DNA of 64,000 nucleotides from an uncultured delta proteobacterium (GTDB lineage Bacteria; Myxococcota_A; Polyangia; Polyangiales; Polyangiaceae): NCBI GenBank assembly GCA_963716725.1, contig CAVQUB010000014.1, positions 18,097 to 82,096 of the forward strand, read 5' to 3'. Shown piece by piece: positions 63,301 to 64,000 of this stretch (position 1 is its first letter; each line of letters starts with the position of its first letter). The notes under the pieces were generated by a model. It saw only the letters and a program-made list of their open reading frames with translations, ran no database searches and was not told where the DNA came from. The position numbers and the translations under genes were made by a program.

Positions 63301-64000
63301 CCGACCAGGGCGATCAGCCGTGTCGCGAGCAGTACGTCGAGCTCGGTGACCGTCTCGGGTGGAAGGGCATCGTCGCAACCAAGTTGGTCGAGTGGTATGC
63401 CGAGGCGCCGGTCGGACCGGATCGCCACCAGGCGCTGCGTGGCGCGTTCACCCGCTTCGTCGAGGTCGGACGCGAGCCCGACGCGGCGCAGGTGGGTCAA
63501 GAGCTGATCCGGACCCGCGGCGCCGAGCCCAGCATTGCCAAGCACCTGGAAGAGATCGCGGTCAAGCTGCAGGATCTCGAGGCTCTGGGAGCGTCCCACG
63601 ATCTGCTGATCCAGGACCTGACCGGCTCGAGCCGAGCCGAAGAAATGGTGCGCCAGGCCGAGGTCTTGGTCTCGGCAGGCGTGGACCCGCAAGAGGCGAT
63701 TCAACACGGCGAACAGGCGCTGTCGAGCGTGGCCCCGGCCGACGTCGAGGTGTTGCTCGAGCGGCTGGGCAGAGTCGCCGTCGCCCCCGGGCACGTGATC
63801 GATTTGTACGAGCGCCAGATCGTTCGCTGCAAGGCGCCCTCGGATCGCCTCGCGGCCTTGGCGCGGGCCGCCGAGGTGGCGGCCGATCACGATGCGGGCA
63901 CGCGGGCACGCGGCTTCTTCGATCTGGCGCTTGGCGCCGGCGTGCAAGAAGAAACCTTGAACGCCATCGAAGAAGTGGCACGCAGCAGCGACGCCGGCGG
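60369..64000 (+). CDS. Giant TPR protein, runs off the window end
   Basis: Frame starting MDPREMEALVQRLVHNPHDQ…; repeated TPR units (YRRALEYDP, YKEVLELDP, LEQATDLDP). Absent from the ORF track, consistent with no stop in the window. Confidence 0.85.
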   Translation, partial: MDPREMEALVQRLVHNPHDQEAIRYAHHAGQSDPRSYAMLLEKVGTATQDPTFACHWLTEAAQVWSETLADAHRAARALMIAIDRDPTQPAPAEKLATLYREKGDSKALAALLERRAKALAPLAQQDAEMRAHVAGIHEELGRLWAEPPLSQPKKAVENYRRALEYDPQSQYSIYSVREMLKTSQQWAEAIPYFSMEIALTDDPDRQVALYRDESEVRKLAGDLGGATDALRHALTVDGGRDPALKQQFGTLVLERKQSGDLPHQSELAEAAQWFVALAEEYPGEHGLSYSTCALDLEPSNDRAIQLAMYYAEQAGRESSVATKAAAYLKANPQGSMAADARALVSRAMQSDVGDDADDSMLDALAPAADAPNPDRIRALLDVADALVRKTKKNEAAAKYKEVLELDPANTDALTFMEGFLRQTRKYAELRDILQAATKTAGVDGDVRKGWLRELAGLCETQLRDLDTAIVALKQLVSLDKSDEGPKTQLKRLLERTGHWDDLATLLEQEAEQTTDEETRISMEKALAKLHEQKRKDPVAAGEAWARIASLTPDDDSAIHTAIKQFEKGDRYDLAAQVISDNIGSVSDEGALVGLYKKLGELRESAGEHSAAGDAFSEAATKGSDPGLWESAERCFAQASVWEQAALAVERRAEQAQKPRDQAALFAKAADYLGRAGDDATAVVRLEQATDLDPQNDALALLLETRLTDSERTADLVAFLLRRAEKLTDVPLRVSLRKRAAELQRDQLSDLDAARATLVLVLVDSDDTESLSLLSEDAEARGEWADATEYLHRLAKAAEDDATRMSVMMREARIVAEGLDDAEGAVERYERVLRDHDPTNVEALEAVAALHEKRGDPRGNAEALERLLAVLTDAQHKLEVALKLAALYEGALDDPAAAVRVLDIVRALDEEDYDAVQRLATLCERLEDWPRVAELMRALVEVEGDDDEVSKMTRRLAEVLEEKVGRGDEALAALMAVADQGDQPCREQYVELGDRLGWKGIVATKLVEWYAEAPVGPDRHQALRGAFTRFVEVGREPDAAQVGQELIRTRGAEPSIAKHLEEIAVKLQDLEALGASHDLLIQDLTGSSRAEEMVRQAEVLVSAGVDPQEAIQHGEQALSSVAPADVEVLLERLGRVAVAPGHVIDLYERQIVRCKAPSDRLAALARAAEVAADHDAGTRARGFFDLALGAGVQEETLNAIEEVARSSDAG

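Overview
GC-rich myxobacterial DNA. The taxon (Myxococcota, most like Polyangiales/Polyangiaceae) is inferred from a MYXO-CTERM protein, PEGA/TPR proteins, Cys-rich Gly-linker lipoproteins, a Ser/Thr kinase and a giant TPR protein. Most of the window is core or envelope genes: ileS, leuS, folD, coaE, pyrF, thiG, thiE, rlmB-like, lspA, lgt, lnt, cyaY, a cysteine desulfurase, an Mla/MCE operon, an Hrq1/MrfA helicase and an MrfB/YprB exonuclease. Many genes, including essential ones, are split by single-base indels, which points to long-read assembly errors, so frameshifts alone are not treated as pseudogenisation. Highlights: (1) a two-copy IS630-derived non-autonomous element with terminal inverted repeats, a TA target in stop codons and a transposase remnant. 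It carries a GxxExxY nuclease-family cassette that has its own inverted repeats, a structured leader and, in one copy, a 36-bp repeat/38-bp spacer mini-array. (2) An orphan type III secretion SctJ-like ring lipoprotein coupled to an MlaF-E-E-F-D operon behind a pseudokinase-GYF-TonB-C-like protein. (3) An IleRS with a KESKS motif followed by a ~110-aa double-psi-barrel-like insertion. Start codons, domain calls and alignments were made by eye; no database searches were run.
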